Notes: generated from the letters alone by a model not told the origin. DNA of 63,327 bases, filler included, from Octopus bimaculoides (GCF_001194135.2; 3 parts of 2 records of this genome joined end to end with filler, not necessarily neighbours in it); one strand, 5' to 3'. Counted from the whole stretch's first letter, positions 24,726 to 39,134 are shown. Program-made: numbers and translations.

Positions 24726-25098
24726 CCGTAAATCCTCGAGTATAGTCCGCCCTTGAGTATAATACGAAGGTGATTTTTAGGGGGCTGTACCTCTGAAAAA
24801 CCAAAACCTTGTGTATAAAACGCATCCCTTCTCTAACTTGAGTCAAGGAGGTCTATATAACGTCCTTGGTCTGTAAACATATATACGGTAACGTCCTTTA
24901 TATATATAACATAATGCAAACGTGTAGCTTTTTTGTGCACTTTGCAGAAAATAAAGAAATAACAGTAATAACGTCAGTGAAAAATGAATATTAAATAAAT
25001 TGCCTTTACATGTTTATCACTTAGAAAATATTTTTCATTTTTAACCTCGTATATAGTACGCACTAGAAATTTTGACCTTTAAATTTTGGGGAAAAAGT
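24726..25098. mobile_element. Non-autonomous Tc1/mariner-type (Tc2/pogo-like) element, right TIR lost
   Basis: ta|ccgtaaatcctcgagtata terminus; subterminal repeats (cttgagtataatacg, ctcgtatatagtacg). Confidence 0.6.
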
Positions 25099-25694
25099 GT
25101 GGATTTTTGTTGCAAGAAGCTTTGTCTCGTCTACTTCCAAAAACCTCTGGTGTCATAAACGTGTTCATCCCTTGCATGTATCTCAGTAACTGTCTCTTCG
25201 ATGAGAATTGCTTAGAATACAGTGCCAAAGTACAGATTGGCAACAAGGCCACGTACAAGATACGCTGCATTGATGGGAAGGTATACTGAAAACAACATTC
25301 TACAATCATAAGAATTCATCTAACAATGCACATGAAAATTTTCTACTTGCTTATCTGCATATATTTGATCATTTAAAGAATTCTGCTGAACTTCTTCTAA
25401 AACACACTAGTCTATTAGGACATGCTCGTCCATATAAGCTCACCTGCCACTATTCCTCAGTGAGATGGCTGTTGCATTTCAGCAAGCAATTTTTCAATCT
25501 TTTTCTCAATAAATTTACTTTCACCAAAGAATCTGAAATACTGAATATTTATTGGTACGCATTAAAAATCCTTGCTTTGTAGCCTATAACTTTTTAATGG
25601 ATGAAGTATTCTAAATAGAAATGTATTGGCTCTAAACTCCGTTATCATGTTATTAGCTTCCTGGCTCTTTTTATTATTGCTTAAATTCAATATA

Positions 25695-26085
25695 GTGGAG
25701 GCGCAATGGCCCAGTGGTTAGGGCAGCGGACTCGCGGTCGTAGGATCGCAGTTTCGATTCCCAGACCGGGCGTTGTGAGTGTTTATTGAGCGAAAACACA
25801 TAAAGCTCCACGAGGCTCCGGCAGGGGATGGTGGCGAACCCTGCTGTACTCTTTCACCACAGCTTTCTCTCACTCTTACTTCCTGTTTCTGTTGTGCCTG
25901 TAATTCAAAGGGCCAGCCTTGTCAAACTGTGTCATGCTGAATCTCCCCGAGAACTACGTTAAGGGTACACGTGTCTGTGGAGTGCTCAGCCACTTGCACG
26001 TTAATTTCACGAGCAGGCTGTTCCGTTGAACGGATCAACTGGAACCCTCGACGTCATAAGCGACGGAGTGCCAACAACAACAACA
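25695..26085 (+). mobile_element. tRNA-derived SINE family B, full length, (AAC)n tail
   Basis: Highly similar to 19595; a 3' fragment also lies at 34375-34558. Confidence 0.92.
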
Positions 26086-26121
26086 AAGCACAGGAAACCA
26101 GTATTAGTGTTGACATTTTTA

Positions 26122-26159
<38 letters not shown>

Positions 26160-26646
26160 AATATTGCTGCTGTTGTTGATGGTCATTGTTGTTACCGTTG
26201 TTGATGTTATTTCGTGGTCATCATCATTGGTTACGGTTTACATTGTGTTTCTTATCGCAGTCGTCGTCGCCACCACCACCACCTTCGCCGCCACCGCCAC
26301 CGTCGTTGTAGTTGCTGCTCTTGTCGATTCTTCTGCTATTGTTTCAAAGTGAAGACGGCCTCCCACTCGAGATGTTTTCAAGTTCACTTTACCAATACAA
26401 TAACTTACATGAGAACATAAACTATTTCTAAGATCCTTCTACCAGAGTAGTTCCTTATCTTCCATCAGTAAAAGATTGTTCTGGCAAATTCTTGTCCTGT
26501 TTTAAAGAATCTGATAGGATCATGATAAAAATCTTAGATATATCTTGTAAACTTTGGTATTTTTAGGCCAACTTGGTATTTCAGATATATTTTGAGAAGG
26601 TTCAATAATCTGGAAGTAAGTTCTAATGTTACACCAACACACACAT

Positions 26647-26695
<49 letters not shown>

Positions 26696-26919
26696 CTCGC
26701 TCTCGCTCTATCTCGCTATCTCTCTCTCTCTCTCGCACACACACATACACAGCCAAGCACACAGATGCATGTGCTCATACATAACATACATATAAAAATC
26801 CATATATGCATGTTTCTCTCTCTTGCTTCCCCGCTCTCTTTCCCTACCCCTCTCTCTCTCTCTCGTCACACATACATGCATAAATACATACATACATACA
26901 TATATATATGCATACATAC

Positions 26920-26960
<41 letters not shown>

Positions 26961-27399
26961 GACAATAATATATATATATGTGTACACATAACCTTGTACG
27001 CAAACACACACACACACACACATGCTTATTTGAACAAGTGCAGCACATGCAACATATGCATACACTTATGTGGGCATAAACGTCTTTGACAGTCAACGGA
27101 TTGATATATAAATAGACTAATAAAAAATTGCAGTAAGAAAAAAACGAAATACTATATTGATAAGAGATCGTGGTCAGTAAAATTAAAATACAATATTTAC
27201 AGATAGACTACTGTCGCTTAAATGTAGCACTTTCATCCGTGTTTGAGCTCGTCAAGTTTTAAATGTGGTATGTTTGGAAAGTGATTGCTAAGTATCTTTT
27301 TTATTTGTGGTTCTATAAGTAAAGTTTACTATATGCTTAGTTAAGAGGAAAATATTTTTATAAAATGGTTTTCCATTTCTTTCCGGTGTTGTGGATCAT

Positions 27400-28560
27400 T
27401 CCTCCTAAAACGATGGCTTTTTCTACCCAATACTCGACAGCTTCTAGGCTTAATCGTTGTCGCATACTAATATAAATACCAATAAATTCACTTAAGAGCA
27501 GATTGACAAACATTTATGGCTATTAGTGCAAAATGTAAGCAAAGGGTACAGCCATGGATACAACAGTGGCACCTTCGTATGCCAAAATTATGGTGGGATT
27601 ACTAAAGCAAAAGATATGTCATGAATTAGAAATGACAATTGATCAAGAACTTTGAAGAATATGTTAATGAAAAGCAGAAATATATTCTCCACGATTACTT
27701 TATTTTCTAGAATAAATCAAGGAGTGATTTACAATTATTTCATAAAATTCTAAAGGCTCCTCACCTATCCATTAACACTAGGATTACAGCAGACATTAAC
27801 ACTAAGATTACATATCAAAATTTGAAGTTTATTCTTGTCATCCTTCACATATTAAACGGAGTACTTCATACTGTCTGGCAAAACGAATATACGCGATTAC
27901 AGCTCATACAGAATTACAACAAATTCAATTTGACGGATATAGTAGCTTTATAAAACTCAGAAGTAGTCCTTTTAATTTTATAAACGACAGAATTACAAAA
28001 CCCCCAAAAGCTGGACTTATTACAACTTAGGACGCCCAGAAAGAAATCGAGGAGGTTCGTTAGTAGCCATGATCATGGAAATATAAAACCTTATTAATAT
28101 CATTAAGATAAACCGTCCAATCCAGTTGCAAAGCACAAACAATGGAAAAGTTAATCAAAGCAAGCTCAGCCATCATCAGCAAACGTCAACCGAAGGATTA
28201 TGAAACATTCCAGAGGAACAAAAATTGATTTCGGTAACAAATTACGAATTCTCCATTAAAACTGGTACATATTGCAGGTATGCACATGCAGTATACCACA
28301 GATATTCAAAAACTATTTCTGAGAAGAATTTTTTTTAAAATGAACACACCTTCAAAATAACTGCAGATATAAACTGCAGCACACAATCTTTATGTATCGG
28401 TCAACCGCTTCTGACATCAGGCTGACTAAAAACTTCAAATAGGAACAGGTCAGAATACAGCCACAACAAATATTACAGCCAGAGCTAAGGGAAATTCCAC
28501 GAATTAAACATTTAGAAATTTGTTGGCTATATCTATTTTTCTTTTCGTTTTCTTTGTAAA
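27400..28560 (+). mobile_element. Penelope-like element relic (RT plus GIY-YIG)
   Basis: Frameshifted motifs KGTAMDTTVAPSYA, YSCHPSHIKRSTSYCLAKRI, KRQPK, FKITADINCST..CIGQ, PELREIPRIKHLEIC. Confidence 0.85.
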
Positions 28561-28689
28561 GACACAAGGGAAGATTCCCAATACCAGAAGAATGGAGAAA
28601 AAAACATTTTCTCTGAAATAAACTGCATTACAGTTCTACTACATAAAGATATTTGAATAAACATATCACACAATAAAAATTACGCACTA

Positions 28690-28905
28690 TTCTACTCTAG
28701 GAAAAAGGCCCGAAATTTTGAGGGATGGGGCCAGTCGATTACATAGACTCCAGTGCGTAACTGGTACTTAATTTATCGATCCCGAAAGGATGAAAGGCAA
28801 AGTCGACCTCGGCGGAATTTGAACTCAAAACGTAAAGACAGACGAATTACTGCTAAGCATTTCGCCTGTCTTGCTAACGTTTCCGCCAGCTCGCCATCTT
28901 AAAAT
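28690..28905 (-). mobile_element. SINE family D, full length
   Basis: Consensus match; further minus-strand copies at about 39470, 50920 and 52680. Confidence 0.9.
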
Positions 28906-31079
28906 TACGCACTTTTAAATCTGCAGAAGTTTATAGGCAGATGAAAGCGCTTAATTCAAGCTATAAATATGTTCTATTTTAACTTATTATATTTCAAATA
29001 ATTTAAGTTTTATTGACTATGATCTTTTTATTAATAAACAGTTTTCGTTTTTTCTGACTGTGATATTTTATTAATTTATTTACGTAAATTATTCTGTACA
29101 TACTTCTGCTCTCCCCAAGACTTTATGTGTGTGCGTGTGCGAGCAAACTGCGTGTGTGTGTGTGTGTGTGCGTGCGCTTGCGTGTATATGTATACACATA
29201 TGTCATTGTCTTAAAGTTTAGTTTTCCAAGGGACACAAGCAGCTGCAGTAGGGCATAGTTTTCTACAGATGGATGCCCTTCCCGACGCCAACCTTCACTT
29301 GTTTCTAAGCAAAGTTATAATCCTCCAGGTTATGGCATAATGAGCATTCCGGATCTGGTTACACGGAAATCAGGGAACAAGTAACACCAATTAAACGAGC
29401 CCTTTGTTTGCTATCATTGCACACATAAATACGTTGAGAAATAAGATCTCACTCACACAAGCATACGTTTAAATACACACACACACACACACACACTAAC
29501 AATTCTGTCAGCTAATAATGATTTCAAATTCTATACTGGGCCTCACACATTTATCGAGCCCTTAACCTCTTGTTCTTTTCTCTCATTACCAGGTGTTCTC
29601 CTTCACTAGGTTCTGATACTTCTGTTTTACCTCGCACAAAGAAAGTCTTTCTTGAGCCCACCTTGAGCCTAACCTGGGCTTGCTCTGAGTGGGACTTAAA
29701 CCTATATTAAGCCTACCAAGCACATGGAGTTAATCTGGATTTTTTAAGGTCTTGAGGCTGAAGCTACGAGACTTCACTCTAAATAGGATGCCAGTCCATC
29801 ATAGGTGTCACCCAGGTGTTATTGTTGCTTAATTTTAATTGATGTTCAGAAACTACGTGAAAAGAAATGCTTCACTTAAAGAAGCGACATGCTACTTCAC
29901 CTGAGAATCGAACCAACATCATAACAATTGCAAGCCCAACATCCTAACCACTGAACCACATGCCTTCACTATCAAACAAAAGTGGAAACAAAATCATAAA
30001 GACCAGACTGAGATGTATAGAGAGAGAGGGGCCTAAAGGTCCAATATTTGTTACCACATCACTTTCGTCTGTCTCCGACACCGACCCTTAATCTCAAAGG
30101 CTAACAACTATTTTCTCAAAACTCTCAGGTTCCTTAACAGCTCAACTTAGATTGATATGTTGTGCCATTAGAAACCGTTTCTCACTCCCATCCCCCCACA
30201 AGACCCCTACAGTGTCGTTTCTTCCAGCATCTCTTATAAAACAACATTTTTCAATGATTTTTATTTTCGCAACACTCACCAATTCCCATTGGAATACATT
30301 GGTCTTAAATTACTTAAAATCTCTCTTAATAATTTTCCACTACCAAATCGAGTTACCGGGGGGTTGAGAGGAGTGGGGGAAGGGTACTTCTTTGGATTAC
30401 GAAAGGCTCCAATAAATGGCAAGTTAATATCTCAAATATAGCAATAATATAAACAACAACGTTCATAAAAGTAATGATGACAACAACAACAACAACAATA
30501 ATGATGATGATGAGGGTGATGAGGCTGACAATGACGATGATGGTGGTGGTAGTGATGATGATGGTGACAACAACGATGACGACAACGATGATGATGATGT
30601 TGATAATGATGGAGATGAGATTATTATTATTATTTGGCACCCCTGTGGCAAATACAAGAAATCCTCAATGTTGTTAACCATACCACCATTATTATTATTA
30701 TATTATTATTATTATCATATATTATTAATTGTTTTACTTACCACCAGGGCAACAGATGAATGAGGTGACTTTACAAGAATAATGATATATAATTAAAATA
30801 CTCTATCATTTCTATATTATTATTATGGTCATTATTATTATTATTATTTTTATTAATTTTTTTTTTGGTGTGTGTATGCATATGTGTATGTGTTTGTTTT
30901 TCCTTCATTAATTTGTTTGTAACATAATACGTATAATTTTGAAATATTGCAGTTATAGCTTCTCTTTGTTTATGTGTTTAGATGATGACATGGCAAAAAT
31001 AATTACAGCAACGACAATAATAATAATAATAATGATGATGATGATGATGATGATGCTGATAATAATAATAATAATAAAT

Positions 31080-31985
31080 TTCTAAACTGAAAGCAAATAG
31101 AGAGCCATAAATTTAGAAGAAAGTGGGGTAGATGGTTTAGCTAAACCCCTCCAAGTATTTCAGTGGTAATTATTTTATCAACTCCAGAAGGATGAAAGCT
31201 AAAACACAGATCAGGTGGTGGGTTGGTGTTTCAAATTTGGAGCATAAAAGGTTTGTAACTAAATATCTCATGATATTTCATCCAGCGTTCTTCTGATTCT
31301 GCAATTTATCATCCTGGAAAACAACAACAACAACAACAGCAGCAACAAAGATAATAATAATAATAATAATAATTGTTTTGCATTTTGGGAAAAGGGACAA
31401 CAATTTTTTTTAAGGTGTGAATTGATTACATTGACCTCAGTTTTTGATTGGTACTTATTTTATCTGCCCCCCCGCTCCCCGCCCAAAAGGCTGTAAGGCA
31501 AAATTTACCTTGACAGATTTTGAACTTGAATGTAAAAGAGGTGGAAGAAATGCTTCTAAGCAATTTGTCCAACATCCTAACAATTCTGCCAGTTTGCCAC
31601 CTTAACAACAGCTAACAATGGTTTAAAATTTTGGCACCAGGTTAGCAATTTCAGGATAACGCATTTGTCAATTATATCGATCTCAGTGCTCGCCAGGTAC
31701 TTTATTTTATTGAACCCGAAAGGCAAAGCTGACGTCAGCGGGATTTGAACTCAGAACATAAAGACAGATAAAATGCTGTGAGGGATTTTGCCTGGCAGGC
31801 CAATGATCTGACCAGTTCACCACCTTAACTAATCATAATAATTGTTTCAAATTTTGGCAAAAGGCCGGCAATTTTAATGGAATTGAATGAGTTGATCCCA
31901 GGATTTCAAAGCTGCTTATTTTATCAAGGCTGAAAGGATAAAAGTTAAACTTGACCTTAGCAGAATTTGAACTCAAAACATAAAG
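31080..31985 (-). mobile_element. Train of about four SINE family D copies separated by (AAT/AAC)n
   Basis: Repeated tttatc..ccc..aaagg.tgaaagg..aaagt.gacct core at about 31170, 31450, 31700 and 31920. Confidence 0.75.
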
Positions 31986-31999
31986 ACTGGCAAGAAAGT

Positions 32000-32375
32000 G
32001 AAATCATGATGGCATCTGTGCCCAGCGTTGCCTTCCTGGCACTTGTGCCGGTGGTACATGTAAAGACATTCAAGCGAGATCGTTGCCAGTGCCACTGGAC
32101 TGGCTCCAGTGCAGGTGGCACGTAACATACACCATTTTGAGTGTGGCCGTTGCCAGTACCGCCTGACTGGCCTTTGTGCTGGTGGCACGTAAAAGCACCC
32201 ACTACACTCTCAGAGTGGTTGGCGTTAGGAAGGGCATCCAGCTGTAGAAAATCTGCCAAATCAGATTGGAGCCTGGTGTAGCCATCTGGTTCACCATCCT
32301 CAGTCAAATCGTCCAACCTATGCTAGCATGGAAAGCGGACGTTAAACGACGATGATGATGATGATGATAATGATA
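32000..32375 (+). mobile_element. Retroposon family E (RTE-like 3' end, (GAT)n tail)
   Basis: ggcgttaggaagggcatccagctgtagaaa...gttaaacgatgatgat; copies at 45465-45950 (+) and 50755-50878 (-). Confidence 0.8.
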
Positions 32376-33094
32376 AAGAAATACCACAAAGTATTGTGCT
32401 TGATGTATCAAACATTTTGACAACTTGCTACCTTACTAATAATTAAGGTTGCTAAAATTAAGTACCTGACTATCTTTTTTAAAAAAAGACAATCTTTGGA
32501 TTTATATGAATGGCTAAATTCCTTCCCTAACATGCTCCAGCATGGCCACAATCGAACAACAGAAACAGAGTAATGGAATTATAGAAAAACAACACTGTAC
32601 TAGAGTAAAGCATGACTGGTATGGAAATAACAGACTGAAAGCTTAATTCCTGTTAAAGAGCAGAATCCAAATTTGGCAAATATTTACCAGTGACTTAGAT
32701 TTAGATTATTGTATAAATAAGTAAATGAGTGGGAATCAGACCAGTGAATGTGTTAAATTAATAAGGCACTAAAAGAGAATGACTCTCGCCAGATGCAATG
32801 AAATATGCTTCAATACACGAATTCACATAAAGAATCTTGCAAATGACATAAAAAACGAAATAATTAGATTTAGATAAACAACCAAAAAAAGGGGCCAACA
32901 GTCCTTCCTGAGTTATAATTTCTTAATGTAGGTTTTCTTGATTCTACGATGTACATATTCCCCCTGGAAAGGAAGCTAGTTCATTACAAGTGTACTAATT
33001 TTTACCAGCAGAGTCAAATGAAGTGTTTTACTCTAGAACAGAATGCATCACCCAATCCAAGAATTGAAATCACAATCTTACTGTCATGAGTGTT

Positions 33095-33400
33095 TCACTG
33101 ACACTTAATTTATCGACTCCAAAAGGATGAAAGACAAAGTCGACCTTGGTGGGATTTGAACTCAGAACATAGCGGCACAGTTAGATAATAATACTAAAAT
33201 GTAAATCTATTCTTTTCTACTTTACACACAAGGCCTGAAATTTTCTGGGAGGGGGCTAGTCGATTAGATTGACACCAGTATGCAACTGGTACTTAATTTA
33301 TCGACCTCGAAAGGATGAAAGGCAAAGTCAACCTCGGCGGAATTTGAACTCAGAACATAGCAGCACACTTAGATAATAATACTAAATTGTAAATCTATTG
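33095..33400 (-). mobile_element. SINE family D with a local tandem duplication including flank
   Basis: ttagataataatactaaa(a/t)tgtaaatctatt follows both copies (period about 190 bp). Confidence 0.75.
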
Positions 33401-33841
33401 ATACCATAGAAGGAAACATTAAATCAATTCGATTTAATGTCATTAAATTCAATGCTATTAACATGATGGCACAGTAGAATACAAATGTTAGCACAAAAGC
33501 TTGTTATTCTTTTTAGTGATTTATGATATTTAGACATCACACTTTTAGCAGATTAGATTAGATGTTATTCTACTATTTTCGATATTTACTCTTCTAATGA
33601 TAATGGAGCTTTAAGGATCCGACACTAAGACTATCTCAGCTTAATGTAAAACACTGTCATAAACCTTAATCAGTTTTCAGCAGTTTTAGTACTGTGCCGA
33701 TTGATTATCCTATCTATTGGTTTTAGTCATAAGTCAGTTCAATCAGTTTGTATTTAAACCAGAAACTAGAAGTCAATATTTCTGATCATAGTTTCTTATT
33801 GATTTCGGGATTAAGCAAATAAAATCATTTTTTTTTCTATA

Positions 33842-34210
33842 TGTGGTCATGTGGTAAGAGATTTGCTTCTCAGCTGCATGATTCTGGGTTCAGTTCCACT
33901 GCATGACATTGTGTAAATGTCTTTTTTAGCCATGGGATGACCGAAGCCTTGTGAGTAGACTTGGTAGATGGAAACTGAAAGAAACCCATTCTATACATTC
34001 TTTTACTCACTTTACTTGTTTCAGTCATTTGACTGCGGCCATGCTGGAGCACTGCTTTTAGTCGAGCAAATCAACCCCAGGACTTATTCTTTGTAAGCCC
34101 AGTACTTATTCTATCGGGGTCTTTTGCTGAACCGCTAAGTTACGGTGACGTATACACACCAGCATCAGTTGTCAAGCGATGTTGGGGAAACAAACACATA
34201 CATATATATC

Positions 34211-34266
<56 letters not shown>

Positions 34267-34368
34267 CACGACACTCTACTTTCAGTTTCCGTCTACCAAA
34301 TCCACTCACAAGGCTTTGGTCAGCCTGAGGCTATAGTAGAAGACACTTGCCCAAGGTGCCACACAGCT
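33842..34368. mobile_element. Inverted pair of SINE family A (+ head 33842-33990; - copy 34010-34368)
   Basis: Both match the family A consensus in opposite orientation. Confidence 0.85.
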
Positions 34369-34658
34369 GGCAAAAATGAATAGTACCTGTATTTCAAAGG
34401 GCCAGCCTTGTCGCACTCTGTATCATGCTGAATCTTCCTGAGAACTACATTAAGGGTACACATCTCTGTGAAGTGCTCAGCCACTTGCACATTAATTTCA
34501 CAAGCAAGCTGTTCCCTTGATCATATCAGCTGGGACCCTTGTTGTTGTAACCGTCGGAATGTTCCTAGCCTATATATATATTCATATGTGTGTGTGTGTG
34601 TTTGTGTGTGCATTTGTGTCTGTATTTGTCTTCCATCACTGCATTGGTCTTCTTCTAG

Positions 34659-34696
34659 CAAAAGGGATGTCCACTTAGTGGTCGTCCCTCTTATAG
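34659..34696 (+). CDS. Candidate 38-nt internal exon (QKGCPLSGRPSY or KRDVHLVVVPLI)
   Basis: gtcttcttctag acceptor and ag|gtatgt donor; two open frames. Confidence 0.35.
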
Positions 34697-35554
34697 GTAT
34701 GTAATATAATTTTTCTGAATCTTCAGATTTTTCAATTTGCTATGTCACTGGTTTTAAAGTGATATTAATCAATTTAATATTCGATTTTTCATCTTTATTA
34801 TTTAAATTTATATATATATATATATATATATATATNNNNNNNNNNNNNNNNNNNNNNNNNNNNNNNNNNNNNNNNNNNNNNNNNNNNNNNNNNNTTAACA
34901 CAAACTTTCAGCCACTTTTTTTAAACACAACACAACTTTTAATTCCATGCATCCTAATCTTTCTAACAATTATCTACATGGATTACCATTGAACTTTAAA
35001 AGCTCAAAGACAATATAATGTATTGGTATATTCATTTTTTTATATATTATTTTTTATTTTTTTGTAAAAAACATTTTCATTCTTCCTCTTCTTGAAAATT
35101 TGCAATGCAATGAAAGCCGGTTAGAAATCCTTTTTAATCCTCCTTATACACATCTATATTAAAATATTCTTTCAGTTTAGCATTCTGCCTTATTTTTTAT
35201 TTTCCTATTATTTCTCCACGTGCGGTTAACACAACCCCACCATTTACTGACTTATATTTATACATATATACATATGCATATATATATACATATGCATATA
35301 TAGATATATGTCTGTTTTGCATTAAATGGAGAAACATTGATGAGTGACAAGTCTGTAAATAATAATATTTTGTAAGCTTAAAGCTTATAAGTGTATCACC
35401 ATGTATTGACTAAAACAAGTCTAATGTTGGGGCATATAAGCTCTAAACAGAAAATAATATAAATATATATGCATATAATATCTATCTATTTATATTTATA
35501 TATATACACATACACACACCATACATAAACACACACACACACACACACACACAT

Positions 35555-35715
35555 ATGATGAGCTTTTTTCAGTTTCTATCAACCAAATCCACACACAAGG
35601 TTTTAGTTAGCCTAGGGCTACAGCAGAAGACACTCATCCAAGGTGCCATGCAGGGAGACTGAATCTGGAATAATGTGGCTGGGAAGCAAACTACTTACCA
35701 CAGAGCCACATCTAC
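35555..35715 (-). mobile_element. SINE family A 5' part
   Basis: Consensus match. Confidence 0.8.
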
Positions 35716-37435
35716 ATCTATCCATCACTTTTAAAACATAATACTAAGTGTTTTGAGGTAGAGTTGGTAGTTATTTCTTGCAGCTCTTTCGTCATCTTGT
35801 TTATGAGTTAATAGTATAGTGTTTATGTCGATATTTTGTAAGAATCAATTTTGATAGGAAATCAAAGCAAAACAGATGTGTTTTGTTGAGAGGGTGCACA
35901 ATGAAGTGAAGTAAAGATTACCTGTTTTGGAAGTAAGTCTTCCCTTTACCAGAGAAGAAAGCAGAAATCAAATGTGGACAGCTTATTCATATTCCATTGC
36001 GACTGTGCAGGCAATGGAAAATTAACTACTGTCACCTTTTGACAAGTACGTTGTCACTGCTAACACCTTATTAAGTCAACCATCTGTGAAAAATCTATAA
36101 AATGGTGAAGGCTGAAATATACTGGTCATCGCCACTAAGATGTTGGTGCTACAGTGTGACTGGACTGGACTGGACTAGAATGAGTCGTGTTGTACAGCAG
36201 AAGTGAGGGTTGGGGGAGGGAAAAAGGGAGATGATGGAAATTAAACATAATGTTTAACCTAATGACATTGCCTCTAATAAAGCAGTAAATAAGTTAATTA
36301 AAAGATCAATGGAAGCCAAAAAAGAAAAAAAGAGGAAAAAATAAAAAAAAAAGCGTAGGGAGAAGAGAGGGAGAAATGGAAGAAAAGAAAAAAAGATAGA
36401 ATATATAAAGCAAAGCAGACCTTTACTTTCGACATGATTGACAGTCAAGTGATCTTGCCATCATTACCAGTCACCACCACAGCCACACACACACCCCTCG
36501 CCGCCAGCACCGCCACCGCCACCACCACAACCACTGCTAACATCACCGTTGACAGTCAACTGATCTCTCCATTACTACCGTCGCCAACACGACCACACCA
36601 CTATCAACACAACTACCAACCATACAACCACCACCACCACTACAGCATCACTACCAGTACCAATACCACTACCGGCAATCTCACTGTCACCACCAACACA
36701 GCTACCATCACCACCATCATCACTCTCACACCATTGTCAACACTAACACTACTACTACTAACACTGCCACTACCACCATAGCCACTACCACACAACCATC
36801 ACTACACAACTATCATCACTGCCACTACCCACCGCCACCACTACCACCACCGCCACCATCGCCGCTACCACCACCACCACCACCAGCACAACCACTGCTA
36901 ATACCATCGTTAATATTATACAGAATACATACAAACATAGAAGGGTTTTAAATTTATCATTTGCTATCTCACCCCTGATATGAAAACCACCGCTACTACT
37001 ACCACCACCATCACCACCACTACCACCACAGTCACAATCAGCACCAACATCATACACCCACCCCTCCATCCACCACCATTCCCACCACCGATACCCCACA
37101 CTACCCTATCAAACACATTGGTGGGTGGAGTATTATTTCTGCTTAATGAAGCAATAAAATACAAGTAAAATTTTTGTTTGTAGTTTTTATTTGATTTTTT
37201 TTACACCCTGGTCCCCCTTCCCTATTTTCTCCTTCCCCCGTTAATACACACACACACACATAAGCATGCGCACACTTATACACTCACACACATGTACACG
37301 ATCACACCGACGCCCCTAACACACTTTTGCTATTGTTACCTTACCTCCCACCAACCCCTTCCACCATCATCATCCAGCCTTTTAGAAGTAGAATTACCAG
37401 GAACCATTAACCTTCATTTGTCAAGTATAGTGGAC

Positions 37436-37475
<40 letters not shown>

Positions 37476-37826
37476 CATACACACACGCATGCACACACAT
37501 ACACATGCACACATGTGGATAGATAGACAGAAGGATAGATGGACAGAGATAGATAGATGTATATACGTAATTGTATCCATACATACATGTATACATACAT
37601 ATATACATACATACACACACATACATGTATAAATACACACACACACACATATACGTAATATACATGTGTCTGTGTGTGTGTGTGTGTGTGTGTACACGTG
37701 TATGTGTGTCTGTAAATATAAATGTATGCGTACACACATCTATCTGCATAGATATAATATGTGTGCATGTGTATGCAATCACGAAATTTTGCATATACAT
37801 ATGTATCTATATTTGTAGATCTATAA

Positions 37827-37882
<56 letters not shown>

Positions 37883-38189
37883 ACATATCTGTACATCACT
37901 TCAAACACACACACACACACACACACACATGATAGTATGTGTAGCACTAAGAAGCAATCTAAAATCAATAACACAAGTAAAAACCACAACTCAAACCTCT
38001 AAATAATGGTAGTTAATAATGCAACCATAAAAATAATAGTGGAACAATAATATAACAATGTAAGAGATAAGAATGTAAATTATTGAGGGAAGGAAGAACA
38101 CAAGACGGACACCAACAGAGTTATTTCTAGTTTAGGAGGAATCAATATACAGTATTTGTATTTATACATATACAGACGTGTGTGTGTGT

Positions 38190-39110
38190 GTGTGTGGATC
38201 TCCTGCTGATTCCAGTTTTTGTCTTTCGAGACAAAGAATTCCTTCATTAAAGCTTCCATTTTCTTTTAGTTGATGAAGTGCCACGAGTGCAGGAAGTGAG
38301 CCAAGGATTGGAACTGGTAACAGTCTGAGGGAGCTAGGTATGGGCCAGATGCTGGGTGTGGCAAGTCTCTTGAATTCCTTGAGTTTTTTTTTTCCAGGTC
38401 AGTCAAGCAGTATGAGGTCTTGTGTTGTCTTGTTGCAGAAGAACTCCCTTTCTCTTAACCAATGCTTAGTACTTATGCTGCGCTATAGCCAATGTGGCGA
38501 GCTGGGAGAAGCGCCAGCACACTGGGCGAAATGCTTAGTGGTATTTTGTCTGTCTTTATGTTCAGAGTTCAAATTCTGCCAGGGTTGACTTTTCCTTTCA
38601 TCCTTTCAGGGTCGATAAATTAAATACTAGTTGCATACTGGAGCCAATCTAATCGACTGGGCCCCCTCCCCCTCAAATGTTGGGCCTTGTGCTAGAGTAG
38701 AAAAAAATATTATGCAATCCAAAGGTAGTGAGCTGGCAGAAACATTAGCATGCTGGGCGAAATGCTAAGCAGTATTTCGTCCATCTTTACGTTCTGAGTT
38801 CAAATTCTGTCGAGGTCGACTTTGCCTTTCATCCTTTTGGGGTCGATAAATTAAGTACCAGTTATGTACTGGGGTAGATCTAATCAACTGGCCCCCTCCC
38901 CCAACATTTCGGGCCTTGTGCCTAAAGTAGAAAAGAATAGCATAGATCAGCTTCAGCTGTTCAGATTGCAAGTTAGCATCGATGGTTTGACCATCCAGAA
39001 TGAACTTGTGCTGCATTATCCCCTCATAAGTCCATCGACACAGAGCATCACCTTGTTTCTGTAATACCCATGTAAGGCAACAAGTTCTGAAAGCTGGCCC
39101 TTGCTTAACC
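38190..39110 (-). mobile_element. Mariner transposase relic interrupted by two SINE D insertions
   Basis: 39110-38941 LCRWTYEGIMQHKFILDGQTIDANLQSEQL; 38470-38190 RKGVLLQQDNTRPHTA...LPHP..GPYLAPSD...SLAHFL...EFFVSKDKNW. Confidence 0.88.
38496..38940 (+). mobile_element. Two tandem full-length SINE family D copies (38496-38710, 38722-38940)
   Basis: Head ggcgagctgg, B box gagttcaaattc, tail ggccttgtgc. Confidence 0.9.
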
Positions 39111-39134
39111 ACTGCTTATGCAATTTGGGGTTAC

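Noticed and set aside
25100-25680. Possible degenerate LINE RT on the minus strand
   Set aside because: Only vague resemblance (IEKLLAEMQ); no diagnostic motif recovered, so not listed as a feature
26410-26497. Minus-strand segment with good AG and gtaagt sites
   Set aside because: Stops in all three frames and no supporting neighbours; could only be non-coding
30353-30681. Ile/Val-, Ser- and Met/Thr-rich ORFs
   Set aside because: Degenerate (GAT)/(AAC)/(GGT) microsatellite read in several frames
36434-37168. Mucin-like Thr-rich ORFs
   Set aside because: (ACC)/(ACT) low-complexity DNA open in multiple frames on both strands, without convincing splice sites
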